Source: a virus. From it: DNA of 36,712 bases. The stretch covers positions 1 to 36,712 of IMG/VR virus record IMGVR_UViG_3300033165_000009. One strand, 5' to 3'. Position numbers and translations under genes: made by a program. Below the pieces are notes generated by a model that worked only from the letters and a program-made list of their open reading frames with translations, did not search any database and was not told the DNA's origin. This document shows positions 9,050-18,811 of this stretch, piece by piece; within the stretch, counting starts at the first letter, position 1; each line of letters starts with the position of its first letter.

Positions 9050-9517
9050 ATGAAACAAATTGGAATCATAGACCTGGGCATCAAGGACATAATCTCACTC
9101 CTCGAACGTGACCCCATTCTTAAAACATTACCCACCTACCCATCACTCTGGGAGGTTGATGCCAACACCAGAAAACCATGCCAAAGTGTGGATCTGGATG
9201 TGGAAAAAGGCGAAGATACGGGATCCACCGGGGGATGTGTTGATGAATACCAGTGCTCAGGAGTAGTGATCCAGTACCTTGAACCCGACCACGCCAAGGA
9301 CCAGATCATGCCAGATTTGAATGAGTACCGGGAGAGAACAAGGAACATTTTCCGGGAATCAGTTCAACATGACTGGTTTGAAACTCTTGAAAGCGTTGAA
9401 TACAACCAATCCAAACCCATGCCCTGGGTGGTTCAAGGTAGGGAAGGGCCAAAGGTACTGGCCCATAGGATGATCACAGATTTCACAGCTACTTATGCTG
9501 TGAAGGAGGAAGTATGA
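9050..9517 (+). CDS. Putative tail terminator / completion protein
   Basis: 155 aa, position between adaptor and major tail gene, alternating alpha/beta pattern. Confidence 0.5.
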   Translation: MKQIGIIDLGIKDIISLLERDPILKTLPTYPSLWEVDANTRKPCQSVDLDVEKGEDTGSTGGCVDEYQCSGVVIQYLEPDHAKDQIMPDLNEYRERTRNIFRESVQHDWFETLESVEYNQSKPMPWVVQGREGPKVLAHRMITDFTATYAVKEEV

Positions 9518-9735
9518 AATTTAAATTTAATGGTAGAGATGGGATGAGGGACTTCAACCTAGTCATTGATGGGATTTTACCCATGGAAGAAACCCTCAAA
9601 AAGGGTCAGGAGATTGAAATACCAGATGATCATAAACTCGTCCCAAGACTAAGAGAAAATGGATTATGGGAAGAATTACCCGAACCCACAGAATCAACTA
9701 AGAAACCTAAATCTAAAACAAAAAGAGGTGAATGA
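9514..9735 (+). CDS. Small hypothetical virion-module protein
   Basis: 73 aa, ATGA overlaps on both sides. Confidence 0.6.
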   Translation: MKFKFNGRDGMRDFNLVIDGILPMEETLKKGQEIEIPDDHKLVPRLRENGLWEELPEPTESTKKPKSKTKRGE

Positions 9736-10859
9736 GTATGGGCGCACCACCAAACAGCCTTCACTACATGGGGTATGGTTTAAACCCTTATGAGGACGAC
9801 GTTCAAGTCCTTGGTAAAGTTTTACCAGTCATTTTTCCTAAAATGAAAACCTTCGAACCGGATAGTAAGATGGACCCAGAGGAGGATGAAGGACACACTG
9901 GGCAAGACACCATATTGTTAGGGGAAGACCGGAAAGAGGCCAGTTCCGCCCCCACAGTGGAGGATAAACTCAGATTAGGGGAAGGAATAGAGGATATACT
10001 ATTCCAACTTTTAGGGGCCAAAGATGAGGTTGTTCCGGCAGTTACGGGGGCGGCAGCTTCATATAAACATAAGTTTTACCGGGATGCATCAAACCCCCCA
10101 GTAGATTTACCCGTGGCTACGATAATAGAGGGGTTCAATTGGGGTGAAGCGAAACCAGAAGCATATATTAACCAGATGGTTGATTCTGTGGAGTTAGTAC
10201 TCAATGCTAACCAATCACCAACCTATAAGGCTAAGTTCATGGGGGACTTCCCCAAGTACAACCAATCTGAACCAACACTCGTATTCCCTGAAACTGAAAC
10301 CAGGTTCAAAGCTTACCAGACCTCAATTTATATAGGTCCAGTGGGCACGGCTGATGCAACACTCAAAACAGACACCTATAAGGTTGACTGTTATAATGAG
10401 GCTAGTTTGAACCTTAAAAACAACCTAGAACTCACTACCTGTGGAGGGACCACATTCGGAAGCCCAACCAAGAATAGGAAACCATTCTCAGGTGACACCA
10501 CCATCAAAATGGAGTACAATGAAAAGAACATGAACTTAGAAGCAGAATGGGCCACAGGAGCATCAGATGGGGTAGATCCAACTCCTGAGCCATTGTTCAA
10601 AAAGGTGATATTTAAAACAACTGGTAAGCTCATTGAATCAGTTGTAAACCCGGCCGCAACCGTCTATGCAGATATGGAAATAGTAATTCCAAAACTCTTA
10701 ATAGATAATGTAACCAGCCCTAGGAGTGGTAAAGACTATAAAAATATCACATTAACTGGGAAAATAGTTTCGAACGCATCCAGCCTGGTGAATCCTGTCG
10801 AAATAACCATGGTTACGCCGTTGGATGAATTGAATTATGGAACAATACCAACACCATAA
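9732..10859 (+). CDS. Major tail tube protein
   Basis: 375 aa, beta-rich, position upstream of chaperone and tape measure genes. Confidence 0.75.
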   Translation: MSMGAPPNSLHYMGYGLNPYEDDVQVLGKVLPVIFPKMKTFEPDSKMDPEEDEGHTGQDTILLGEDRKEASSAPTVEDKLRLGEGIEDILFQLLGAKDEVVPAVTGAAASYKHKFYRDASNPPVDLPVATIIEGFNWGEAKPEAYINQMVDSVELVLNANQSPTYKAKFMGDFPKYNQSEPTLVFPETETRFKAYQTSIYIGPVGTADATLKTDTYKVDCYNEASLNLKNNLELTTCGGTTFGSPTKNRKPFSGDTTIKMEYNEKNMNLEAEWATGASDGVDPTPEPLFKKVIFKTTGKLIESVVNPAATVYADMEIVIPKLLIDNVTSPRSGKDYKNITLTGKIVSNASSLVNPVEITMVTPLDELNYGTIPTP

Positions 10860-10878
10860 AAAAATGGAGGAATGATTT

Positions 10879-11551
10879 ATGAATCCAAGAGTATTTAAGG
10901 ACAAGATGGAAGAATTGATTGAAGCCTTTTAAGGAGAACAGCCTCGCTGTGGGCGTTCTATCCTTCACAGAGGCAATAGTCACTAACATAACCGCAACCA
11001 CTGGCAGTGATTTAACCATTGCAGGGGCAACCGGGAAGGATATTAAATTCACCCTAACAGATGCCAATGGGGCTAGGAAAGTAATTGTTTACGACAGTGG
11101 AGCAGTTGCAGTCTTAGATATTGACAGTAATGGTAAAGTTAAAGCTGCCGGAGGATTTGAGGGGGACCTTACTGGAGATGTTGCTGCCACCAGTGCATCG
11201 GACCTGACCATTGCCAATGCAGCTGCGGATAAGGACATAATTCTTAGTTTAGGTGATGCTGCTGCTGCTACTAAGATTTCAATAATTGACAGTGGTGAAG
11301 ATGAAGTGGCCAGTATCAACAGTAACGGTGAAATAGACGGTTCTGCAATGATAGCTCCACTCAAGTATGCTGCTGTTGAAACCAGTGGAGCCCCCACCAA
11401 TGCTGAATGTGTGTCTGCCTTCGGGGCGGCTGCAACAGTAGGGTCAGGATTTGTGGGAGTTCTTCAAGATAGTGGTGCTGAAGGAGTGTCCTATCTCTGT
11501 GTTTCCAACGGAACTAATTACGATGTGTTCACAGGGGCAGCTGCTGCATAA
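10879..11551 (+). CDS. Ala/Gly-rich fibre-like structural protein; reading requires a +1 shift at GCC TTT TAA (10924-10932)
   Basis: GGAGG RBS and ATG 10879 give MNPRVFKDKMEELIEAF*; the +1 frame continues KENSLAVG... to TAA 11551; two about 50-aa internal repeats (SDLTIA...KDI...DSG...I.SNG). Confidence 0.6.
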
Positions 11552-11612
11552 TTGTAGGGGCTAATAGTTCCCTACCAAAATATTTTATAATAAAACAATA
11601 AGGAGTATTACC

Positions 11613-12173
11613 ATGGCCAAAATGAGTAAAACTGAAATAGAGTTCTGTGGGAAAAAAAGACGGTTTAGGAGATGCTCTAACCGGGTTTTAAGAGATTCAA
11701 ACAAAGATGTTGAAGCTTTACAAAGAGAAGCAACAGAAAAACGAGACGAACTCGTTAAAAAAATAAGCGAAGCCCAGGAAAAACGCCAAGACGCTGTTCA
11801 ACTCTTAGGATTAGCATATAAAGATGACACCATACTTGAAAAGAACCAAAAAAAAGCCGATAAGCTAATCAAAGAAGCTAAAAAAATAGAATCAGAAGTT
11901 GAAGAACTATCCAACAAGATAGGGGAAGAATTAGCCACCTTTGATGAAAGGATGGCAGAGGCGTATGACAAGGTATGCGTTGCACTGCTTGAAATAGAAC
12001 CTGGGGAATTTCTTGAAAACTATGATAGCATTGACCTCATAATTGCAAAAAACCTAGGACTATTCTATGACCTTTACATGTCTGGCACTCCACAGGCTAA
12101 GATAGATGTGCGTTTAAGACAACTCATTGACGTGGAACATGATAACCAGATAGGCCAGTTTCGCCAGGAATAA
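11613..12173 (+). CDS. Tail assembly chaperone (gpG-like)
   Basis: 186 aa helical/coiled-coil protein between tail tube and tape measure genes; AAGGAG RBS. Confidence 0.7.
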   Translation: MAKMSKTEIEFCGKKRRFRRCSNRVLRDSNKDVEALQREATEKRDELVKKISEAQEKRQDAVQLLGLAYKDDTILEKNQKKADKLIKEAKKIESEVEELSNKIGEELATFDERMAEAYDKVCVALLEIEPGEFLENYDSIDLIIAKNLGLFYDLYMSGTPQAKIDVRLRQLIDVEHDNQIGQFRQE

Positions 12174-12492
12174 TAATCCAGAGAATGGTAATGAAGATTC
12201 TAATAGTAGAGTTCTCATCAGCGAAGTTCTGGAAAAAGTTCTTCTTCAACACTATTTCCTCCTGAAAATGCGTAAAGCCATTACCGAAACTGTTAAGGAA
12301 TTCTGGGACGATTTAGATACACATACTACGTACCAGTTCCTGGAATGGGTGTATGAAGTGATTGAGATTGAAGAAGACATGAGAAACAACCCTGACAAAT
12401 ATAAGAAAGGGACGAGTTCAATGGTTGAGGAGGATCCTGAAACTTTAGACCTTTACTATCAAATGAGAGGTAGGAGTCAAGAGAATGAGTAG
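12160..12492 (+). CDS. Tail assembly chaperone frameshift extension (gpT-like), +1 frame
   Basis: Frame of track ORF 12268-12492 is open from 12154, overlapping the end of the chaperone ORF; no RBS before ATG 12268; candidate slip site CAG TTT CGC at 12156-12164. Confidence 0.6.
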   Translation, partial: FARNNNPENGNEDSNSRVLISEVLEKVLLQHYFLLKMRKAITETVKEFWDDLDTHTTYQFLEWVYEVIEIEEDMRNNPDKYKKGTSSMVEEDPETLDLYYQMRGRSQENE

Positions 12493-12862
12493 TTACGTGT
12501 TGCTTGATGCTTCCGATATGGAAGAAAAGATGACAGAAATAGATCGTTTGATTGTCATTCATGATTCTATTGCAGCTGACCATATTTCGGAAGAAATTGA
12601 ACGTAAAACTTTTCCTTATGTTCCTTTAAAGTTTGGTTATCTTCAGGATGGGTTTCATAGAAAACAAGTGAGTCAATCCCATAATTTACAAATGGATATA
12701 TGGTATTCTGCTATTGGGAATAATTACTATGATTATGCTGCCATCCAACACGATGTCCAATTTGACCACCCAATCAAAGGAAGAGACCATTATATGGAGT
12801 TTGGTATTAGAGATACAGATATAGAAGGTTTATATGCTTACCATGTTTCACACGTCCTCTAA
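12485..12862 (+). CDS. HK97 gp10/Mu gpG-like neck or minor virion protein
   Basis: YVPLKFGYLQ (VPxDTGxL-like) and YAAIQH motifs, 125 aa. Confidence 0.6.
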   Translation: MSSYVLLDASDMEEKMTEIDRLIVIHDSIAADHISEEIERKTFPYVPLKFGYLQDGFHRKQVSQSHNLQMDIWYSAIGNNYYDYAAIQHDVQFDHPIKGRDHYMEFGIRDTDIEGLYAYHVSHVL

Positions 12863-12865
12863 TCT

Positions 12866-13033
12866 TTATTTTTCCCTAGCCTGTTCTAATTCAAACTTAC
12901 GGATTTCTTCCTTCTCCTGCTTTTTCACATACTGATTATATCCATAAATCCCTGGAATCATTCTTTGAGACCATGGCATGAAATCTTTGATGGTTGAATG
13001 GTACACGAATATTTTGAACCCTTCTTGTTCCAT
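12866..13033 (-). CDS. 55-aa antisense orphan (moron-like) inside the tail operon
   Basis: MEQEGFKIFVYHSTIKDFMPWSQRMIPGIYGYNQYVKKQEKEEIRKFELEQAREK; GGGGT RBS and minus-strand TTTATAAG box near 13076-13083. Confidence 0.55.
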   Translation of the reverse strand: MEQEGFKIFVYHSTIKDFMPWSQRMIPGIYGYNQYVKKQEKEEIRKFELEQAREK

Positions 13034-13129
13034 AAAATTACCCCACTATTTTGATTAATATTTTCACATTCTTTCTTATGTAATTTTCGCATTTCTCTTA
13101 TAAAAATTAATAAAAGCGAGGTCCCACCC

Positions 13130-16100
13130 ATGGCAGCAAACGGCGGAGTAGTCAAAGCCAAACTCATATTAGACTCATCAGAGTTTTCTTCCGAATGGAA
13201 GAAAAGAATAGGTGAATTAAATGCCCGTATAAAAGGGCCTGACTTCTCAGGAATAAAAAAAGAGTTAGATGACACTGCCCAGGGTGCTAAGAAAACCAAG
13301 GAAAATGTTGACCAAATTAACAATTCCAAGTTTGACAAGGCTACTAGTAATTTAGACGAACTCATCCGGAAAGTGAAAGGTCTCCAGTCAAGTGCAAAAC
13401 CTTTGGACATTGTAGTCAAACCTTCAAATCTTGATGAAACTATTCGCAAAATAAGGGAACTTGGCAATCAAAGTAAAAAGAGTGAAGAACAAGTTAAACA
13501 GATTAACAACTCCCGTTTTGATAAATTAGTCAGCACCTTGGATGGTGCTATTAATAAGATGAGGAGCACTGCAAGTTCCGGTATTACTAATGTTAAAAAT
13601 TCGATCAATTCTGGTTTACACTCCATCACCTTCACCTCCTTGCAAAATAAATTCTCAGCAACCATTAAATCAATGAAGAACACCGCTTCAGCAGGGGTTA
13701 GATCAATATCCAATGAATTTAGCAGTATGCAGGCAGGGTTAACTGACATTTTCACCACCGTAGCTGGAGGAGCTGGGTTAAGCACCCTATTTTCATATGG
13801 TCAAGGGATTGCCACTACCCAAGCAATGCTTGGGAATACTAAATCCCCAGAGGAAGCCAAGGACATCACTGATCAGTATTTGAAATATACTCAGGCAAGT
13901 TCAACCCCTGACAGGGATATTCAAAACCTGATGGTATATACAATGCAGGGCGCACCTAAAGGGCAAACCTTTAGGACGTTAGCAGCAATGGATGCGGCTG
14001 CTCATTCACCCAATCCGATTCAAAGGCAGGAATTGCTCAGGAACTTTGGACAATACCTGACTGGAGGGTACAGTGAAGCGTTGTTCCGTGGGGATTTAAC
14101 CCCTGAACAGGCTGAAATATTAAAATCAGCCCAAACACCCGAGGAACGTGTTGCGGCCATGGAAAAGGTGGCTAAAACTAAAGGGTCATCTGGGTTAAGC
14201 ACTACTTTTGAAGGGCCATTAGGGCCTTATAACAAGGCAATGGTGGTTACTGACACTCTTATTTTAGGACTGACTAAGAGTTTTGATAAATTTTTAAAAA
14301 CAGTTGAACCGTTATCGGATTGGTTCTTAGGATTAGATCAGGGAACTAAGGATTTAATTACCGATGGCGTGTTTTTATTAGGACTATTGGGAATGGCTGG
14401 AGGGGCAATTAGGATTTTCGTAGGAGTTATCAGGCCATTTGTAGGCATTTTTAAGAGCCTTGCGAGTGGGGCGGTGACGGTGGCTAAGAAACTTGGTGAG
14501 ATGATTCCCACGGATAAGATAGCAGAATCTTTAGGTAAGTTGAAAGATATTGCGGCTGACAAGTTATCCGGTTTCACTGGTAAGGTTTCGGAAGTGTTCA
14601 GTGGATTGAAAGATAAAATAAGCGGTCCTTTGCGTAGTTTTAAGGATGCGGTTGTTAGTAAGTTTGGGGAAATTAAAGATTGGATCCAAAGTAAATGGAA
14701 CCCAAAACCAACCAGCACAGGAACCACTGGGTTGGGAACTGTTGGAGGTTTGGCTTTAGGGGCCGGGGCAGTTTTAGCTTTATCTTATGCCACTGTTAAA
14801 ATAGCTCAAGCCTCCATCACAACAGAATCAATAACCAAAGGAAAGGAAACATTTGGGGAAAGCACTGCTACATTGATGGAGGAATTAAAAAATAAAGATT
14901 ATTTATCATTGTTTGGTCAGATTACTGGAGGATTATTCACTGGTGGGACTCCATTAGAAAAAGCTGCTGAAGTTGAAAAACAAAAAGCTTTAGAACAAAA
15001 GAAAAAACAAAACCTCCAAGATTGGGGGCCTTTCACTGGGATTGCAGAATTCTTTGGCCAGAATCCTTTAAAAAGCTCAGGTACTGTTCATGCTGCCGAT
15101 GGGAAGGGGGGGAAACCATCAATAATGGATGATATTCTCGGAGAGAAGGGATTACTCCGAGGAACACCATTAGCCGGGCTTAAATGGCCCAGTGCAAGCC
15201 AAATACTCAATAAATTAAAAGATGTATTACTTCCCAAGATTCCTAAATTCAACTGGAAACCTCCAAGTGTGAACCAAGTGTTGCAAGGGATCGGGGAGAA
15301 GATAAACCCGCTTAACTGGCATGTTCCTGGGGTTGGACAATTATTAGGTCAGACTTGGCAGAAGATTAAGGAGTTATTCTGGAATATACCCAGCATAGGT
15401 GACTTCCTGAATCAAACTTGGCAGAAAATCAAAGAATTATGGTGGCAAGTTCCTAGCATTGGAGATATTTTAAACATAATCACTAGTAAAATAACTGATT
15501 TTGTTTGGCCTATGGGACCAAGTAGGGCCATGGGTGTTGCCAGTAACATAGCAAACCGGGCAGGAACATTAATTTCCAATGCACAAGGACCAAGAGGACC
15601 AATCAATGATGCTATAATCAGTACAATGTCAGCCAAAAGCGGGGTGGGATCAGGATACATAAGCCAGGCATTAGCGCACCGGTTCAGTGGCTTAGCAGGA
15701 TTCACCCCCATAGCTAATGGGATAGCATCACACCTTGGATACACTTTCTACATGGGTGACCAGAAAAGCAACCAGGAAGTGTGGGATAGTGGTTCATGTA
15801 ACTGTTATGATGGGGCACAATTCCTCCAAAGTGAAGCTGGGCAACGTTTCGGTATAGGTGCGGGGATGCAGAACGGAGTATGGAATGGAACTTCAATCCC
15901 CCATACATGGAGTGTTATTGGAGGCCAACCCTTTGACATGGCCGCCATGCTACTAAGAGGGCAGTGGGCCCCACCTAATGGTCCTAAAGACATGACTGTT
16001 GCCCAATTTATGACAGACATCGGTCCGGGCCTGGAATATATGGCTTATGGGGGACACTTGAAGGACCCAATAGATGCTGTTTTTGATGGAGGGAACTGTT

Positions 16101-16435
16101 TTGACACAACTCTCGGTTTAATGGGCATGATTAATGGCCTTTTTGGTGTTCCCACCGAGATGGTTTGGGGAACTTATGATGGGATGAGTCATGTGTGGCT
16201 CCGTGCAAATGGAGTGGATTATGATCCCACAAGACGGGCTTTAGCAAACACTTATACTCCTCCTCCACAAGGACCGGGAAATACTGGAGGAGGTGTGCAT
16301 TTCCATGAGGGAGCAATACAAATCGGTGGCCCCTTTGTGGGTATGGATGAGTATAAAAAACAGATCAAAGACATTGCTAAAACCGCTTTTGATGAGGAAG
16401 CTAGAAGAGTGAAAACATACCAGTTTGGGAGATAA
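13130..16435 (+). CDS. Tape measure protein with C-terminal tandem Pei/transglutaminase-like domains
   Basis: 1101 aa; N-terminal AKLILDSSEFSSE motif, amphipathic repeats, W-P periodic repeats, then two NCxD...H.W...D modules. Confidence 0.9.
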   Translation: MAANGGVVKAKLILDSSEFSSEWKKRIGELNARIKGPDFSGIKKELDDTAQGAKKTKENVDQINNSKFDKATSNLDELIRKVKGLQSSAKPLDIVVKPSNLDETIRKIRELGNQSKKSEEQVKQINNSRFDKLVSTLDGAINKMRSTASSGITNVKNSINSGLHSITFTSLQNKFSATIKSMKNTASAGVRSISNEFSSMQAGLTDIFTTVAGGAGLSTLFSYGQGIATTQAMLGNTKSPEEAKDITDQYLKYTQASSTPDRDIQNLMVYTMQGAPKGQTFRTLAAMDAAAHSPNPIQRQELLRNFGQYLTGGYSEALFRGDLTPEQAEILKSAQTPEERVAAMEKVAKTKGSSGLSTTFEGPLGPYNKAMVVTDTLILGLTKSFDKFLKTVEPLSDWFLGLDQGTKDLITDGVFLLGLLGMAGGAIRIFVGVIRPFVGIFKSLASGAVTVAKKLGEMIPTDKIAESLGKLKDIAADKLSGFTGKVSEVFSGLKDKISGPLRSFKDAVVSKFGEIKDWIQSKWNPKPTSTGTTGLGTVGGLALGAGAVLALSYATVKIAQASITTESITKGKETFGESTATLMEELKNKDYLSLFGQITGGLFTGGTPLEKAAEVEKQKALEQKKKQNLQDWGPFTGIAEFFGQNPLKSSGTVHAADGKGGKPSIMDDILGEKGLLRGTPLAGLKWPSASQILNKLKDVLLPKIPKFNWKPPSVNQVLQGIGEKINPLNWHVPGVGQLLGQTWQKIKELFWNIPSIGDFLNQTWQKIKELWWQVPSIGDILNIITSKITDFVWPMGPSRAMGVASNIANRAGTLISNAQGPRGPINDAIISTMSAKSGVGSGYISQALAHRFSGLAGFTPIANGIASHLGYTFYMGDQKSNQEVWDSGSCNCYDGAQFLQSEAGQRFGIGAGMQNGVWNGTSIPHTWSVIGGQPFDMAAMLLRGQWAPPNGPKDMTVAQFMTDIGPGLEYMAYGGHLKDPIDAVFDGGNCFDTTLGLMGMINGLFGVPTEMVWGTYDGMSHVWLRANGVDYDPTRRALANTYTPPPQGPGNTGGGVHFHEGAIQIGGPFVGMDEYKKQIKDIAKTAFDEEARRVKTYQFGR
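15179..15512 (+). repeat. About 21-aa Trp/Pro periodic repeats in the tape measure protein
   Basis: W.(V/I)P(S/G)(V/I)G..L.Q.WQKIKEL units, e.g. QTWQKIKEL twice. Confidence 0.75.
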
Positions 16436-16440
16436 AACTA

Positions 16441-18807
16441 ATGACTGATATTGCAAAGATAGGTCCGATTGGTTTGGGCCAGGCTCATGAAATAGTGGAC
16501 CCGGAATCAGAGGAGGGTAAGTTTAATCTGAGTATTAAATGCACACCGGAGGAAGCCCAACAACTGGTTGGTTTATGCCAACCTGTTAGCCGGTCCTCCA
16601 CAACCAACCCCCGTATAGTCCATAGCAGGCATAATCGATGGGGTTTATTACCTTTACAATCTCCTGTCGATTCTAACCTTTCCATTAATAATTACACTGG
16701 TATATTGAAGGGTTGGGTTGTTTTATCAGACCCTATGCAGTATTTTGTGAATATGAGAAAGACTAAGGTTGTTATGAATGGTGAGATGATTAGTAATGAT
16801 TTAAATGAAATATTAACCGTGCACTATACCCGGGGTGGGGAGGATGGGACCGATATTGAACATAGTTATGAGGATTTAACCCCTGCATACATCATTAACG
16901 AGTCTGGGGCCGATTTTGACACTACAAATGACTGGTTCGCTGCAAGTAAGTATAGGATGGCAAATGGAGCTATTGCTAGTAGTGGGGGTCAAATAGTTTT
17001 CAGTGGAGGGGCAGACACTGATGGTGTTCCCGGTCAAGTGTGGACCAATCACAGGACTCAATTTGACCATGGATTCATCATGGAATTTACATTATATCCG
17101 GGGAATAAGCCAAGTGCTGGTAATAAGGATAAGGATATAAATGTATGGTTCAGCCCAAACCGGAGCAGTTCCACACCCCCGGTATGGAATGACAGTTACA
17201 TGGTGAGTTTAGGTGTAAGCACATCTAACCAATACTACCAGGTGCACACGATAGGGAGCCCTGGAGGGGGTTCATGGTGGAATCTTGTACCTATAACTGT
17301 GGATAACAGTCCAACAGCATTTAAATTCCGTTTAACCACTGATAGCAAGTATTATATGCGGGTTGAACTGAACCGGTATGTCAGTGGGTCATGGACTGGC
17401 TTCAGTACAATTTTTTACGGCCCGACCAACATGGGGGCTTGGAAAGACCTATACATGGGAGTATATTACCTGAACAGAGATAGTACAACTAATAGTATGA
17501 GTATTAGTGATGTTAAGGTTTACAATTACCTTGAAAGTGATAAACCCAATGTTGTAGTGTTACCTCCAGATGCCACCCCTAACCTGGCCCCTACTTTTTA
17601 CCGGGCCAGCGCAGAAGGTAATATTCAATGTTTTAAAAACCTAAGTGAATCTTTGAATTTCCAGATAGACCCGGCTAATTATTACAAGGGCAGTGTAAAA
17701 GGATGGAACAGTAATTATACGGATAGTGTGCCCCGGTTGGTTACACATAACGAAACAGATTTGAGTATTGGTAAATTCAATTTCACAAATGGAATAATCA
17801 AACTTGTCCCCACCAGTAATGGGGTGGAAATGTATTGTTGGGATGGAACAAGCTATATACTGGCTAATACTTTCACTTTTAGCCATTTAACCCGATTAAT
17901 CCGTCCATTTTATGTTTCAAAGGATGTATTCACCCTCCAATTAGACAGGACATTCTGGACTTTAAGGGCGGGTAAACCTTTTGTTTATGTGGAACACCCC
18001 AATGATGATATTGGTTTCACTAAGAATACTAGTTGTTACCATGATGGAGTGATCAGTAATGGGTTGGCTGCGGATGCGGATGTTTCAATGCTCACCCAAT
18101 TTTATTCACTACACTTCAACCCTCACAACCTTTTAACAACTAACATGTATAGTGTTGAAGAAGGATTAGACGGATTCAATGATGTGAGTAGCACACTAGA
18201 ACGAGTCAGTGGGGCCAGTTATGGAACATACCATTTGAAGTGTACAAGTAAAAACCTCCAAGCCACGGAGGGTGTTTACTTAGACGAGGTTTCATTACTA
18301 ACAGGAAACAACACGGGGCTTATATTTGGAGGAAGAGTGTATTTAAAAGGAACTGGAACATGGAAACTACTAATAACTGAAAGAAAATCAGATGATACTG
18401 CATTAAACACAACCAGTAGTGCTCCTTTTACCTTAACGTCAACCCCTTCTATACGTAATATATATCATACTGTCATCTCTTCGGAAGCAGAAAAACTAAA
18501 CTTGATGATATACACGGATGGACAACAAAGTGCAGAGTTCTATGGTGATATTTTCCAATTAGCTCCAAGTCCTGTGGCAAATCAAACAATATATCCTATA
18601 CCCCCTCTCACGGCAAACCGTTATGGTATGCTTATCATGAAAAAAGACCCCACCACGATTAAAAGTGACAGTATACCTGCCAGTGACATTACAGGAATAG
18701 GAGTCTACGACCAGATGCAACCTCCTATCAGTGATAACTATTACTTATCATTAGCTAGGGAGTTTTACCGCCCAACAAAACAGGGAATAGCATTACAAGG
18801 AGTATAA
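16441..18807 (+). CDS. Distal tail / tail protein with lectin- and CBM-like domains
   Basis: 788 aa, first gene after TMP, beta-sandwich (ConA/CBM-like) segments. Confidence 0.6.
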   Translation: MTDIAKIGPIGLGQAHEIVDPESEEGKFNLSIKCTPEEAQQLVGLCQPVSRSSTTNPRIVHSRHNRWGLLPLQSPVDSNLSINNYTGILKGWVVLSDPMQYFVNMRKTKVVMNGEMISNDLNEILTVHYTRGGEDGTDIEHSYEDLTPAYIINESGADFDTTNDWFAASKYRMANGAIASSGGQIVFSGGADTDGVPGQVWTNHRTQFDHGFIMEFTLYPGNKPSAGNKDKDINVWFSPNRSSSTPPVWNDSYMVSLGVSTSNQYYQVHTIGSPGGGSWWNLVPITVDNSPTAFKFRLTTDSKYYMRVELNRYVSGSWTGFSTIFYGPTNMGAWKDLYMGVYYLNRDSTTNSMSISDVKVYNYLESDKPNVVVLPPDATPNLAPTFYRASAEGNIQCFKNLSESLNFQIDPANYYKGSVKGWNSNYTDSVPRLVTHNETDLSIGKFNFTNGIIKLVPTSNGVEMYCWDGTSYILANTFTFSHLTRLIRPFYVSKDVFTLQLDRTFWTLRAGKPFVYVEHPNDDIGFTKNTSCYHDGVISNGLAADADVSMLTQFYSLHFNPHNLLTTNMYSVEEGLDGFNDVSSTLERVSGASYGTYHLKCTSKNLQATEGVYLDEVSLLTGNNTGLIFGGRVYLKGTGTWKLLITERKSDDTALNTTSSAPFTLTSTPSIRNIYHTVISSEAEKLNLMIYTDGQQSAEFYGDIFQLAPSPVANQTIYPIPPLTANRYGMLIMKKDPTTIKSDSIPASDITGIGVYDQMQPPISDNYYLSLAREFYRPTKQGIALQGV

Positions 18808-18811
18808 ATAA

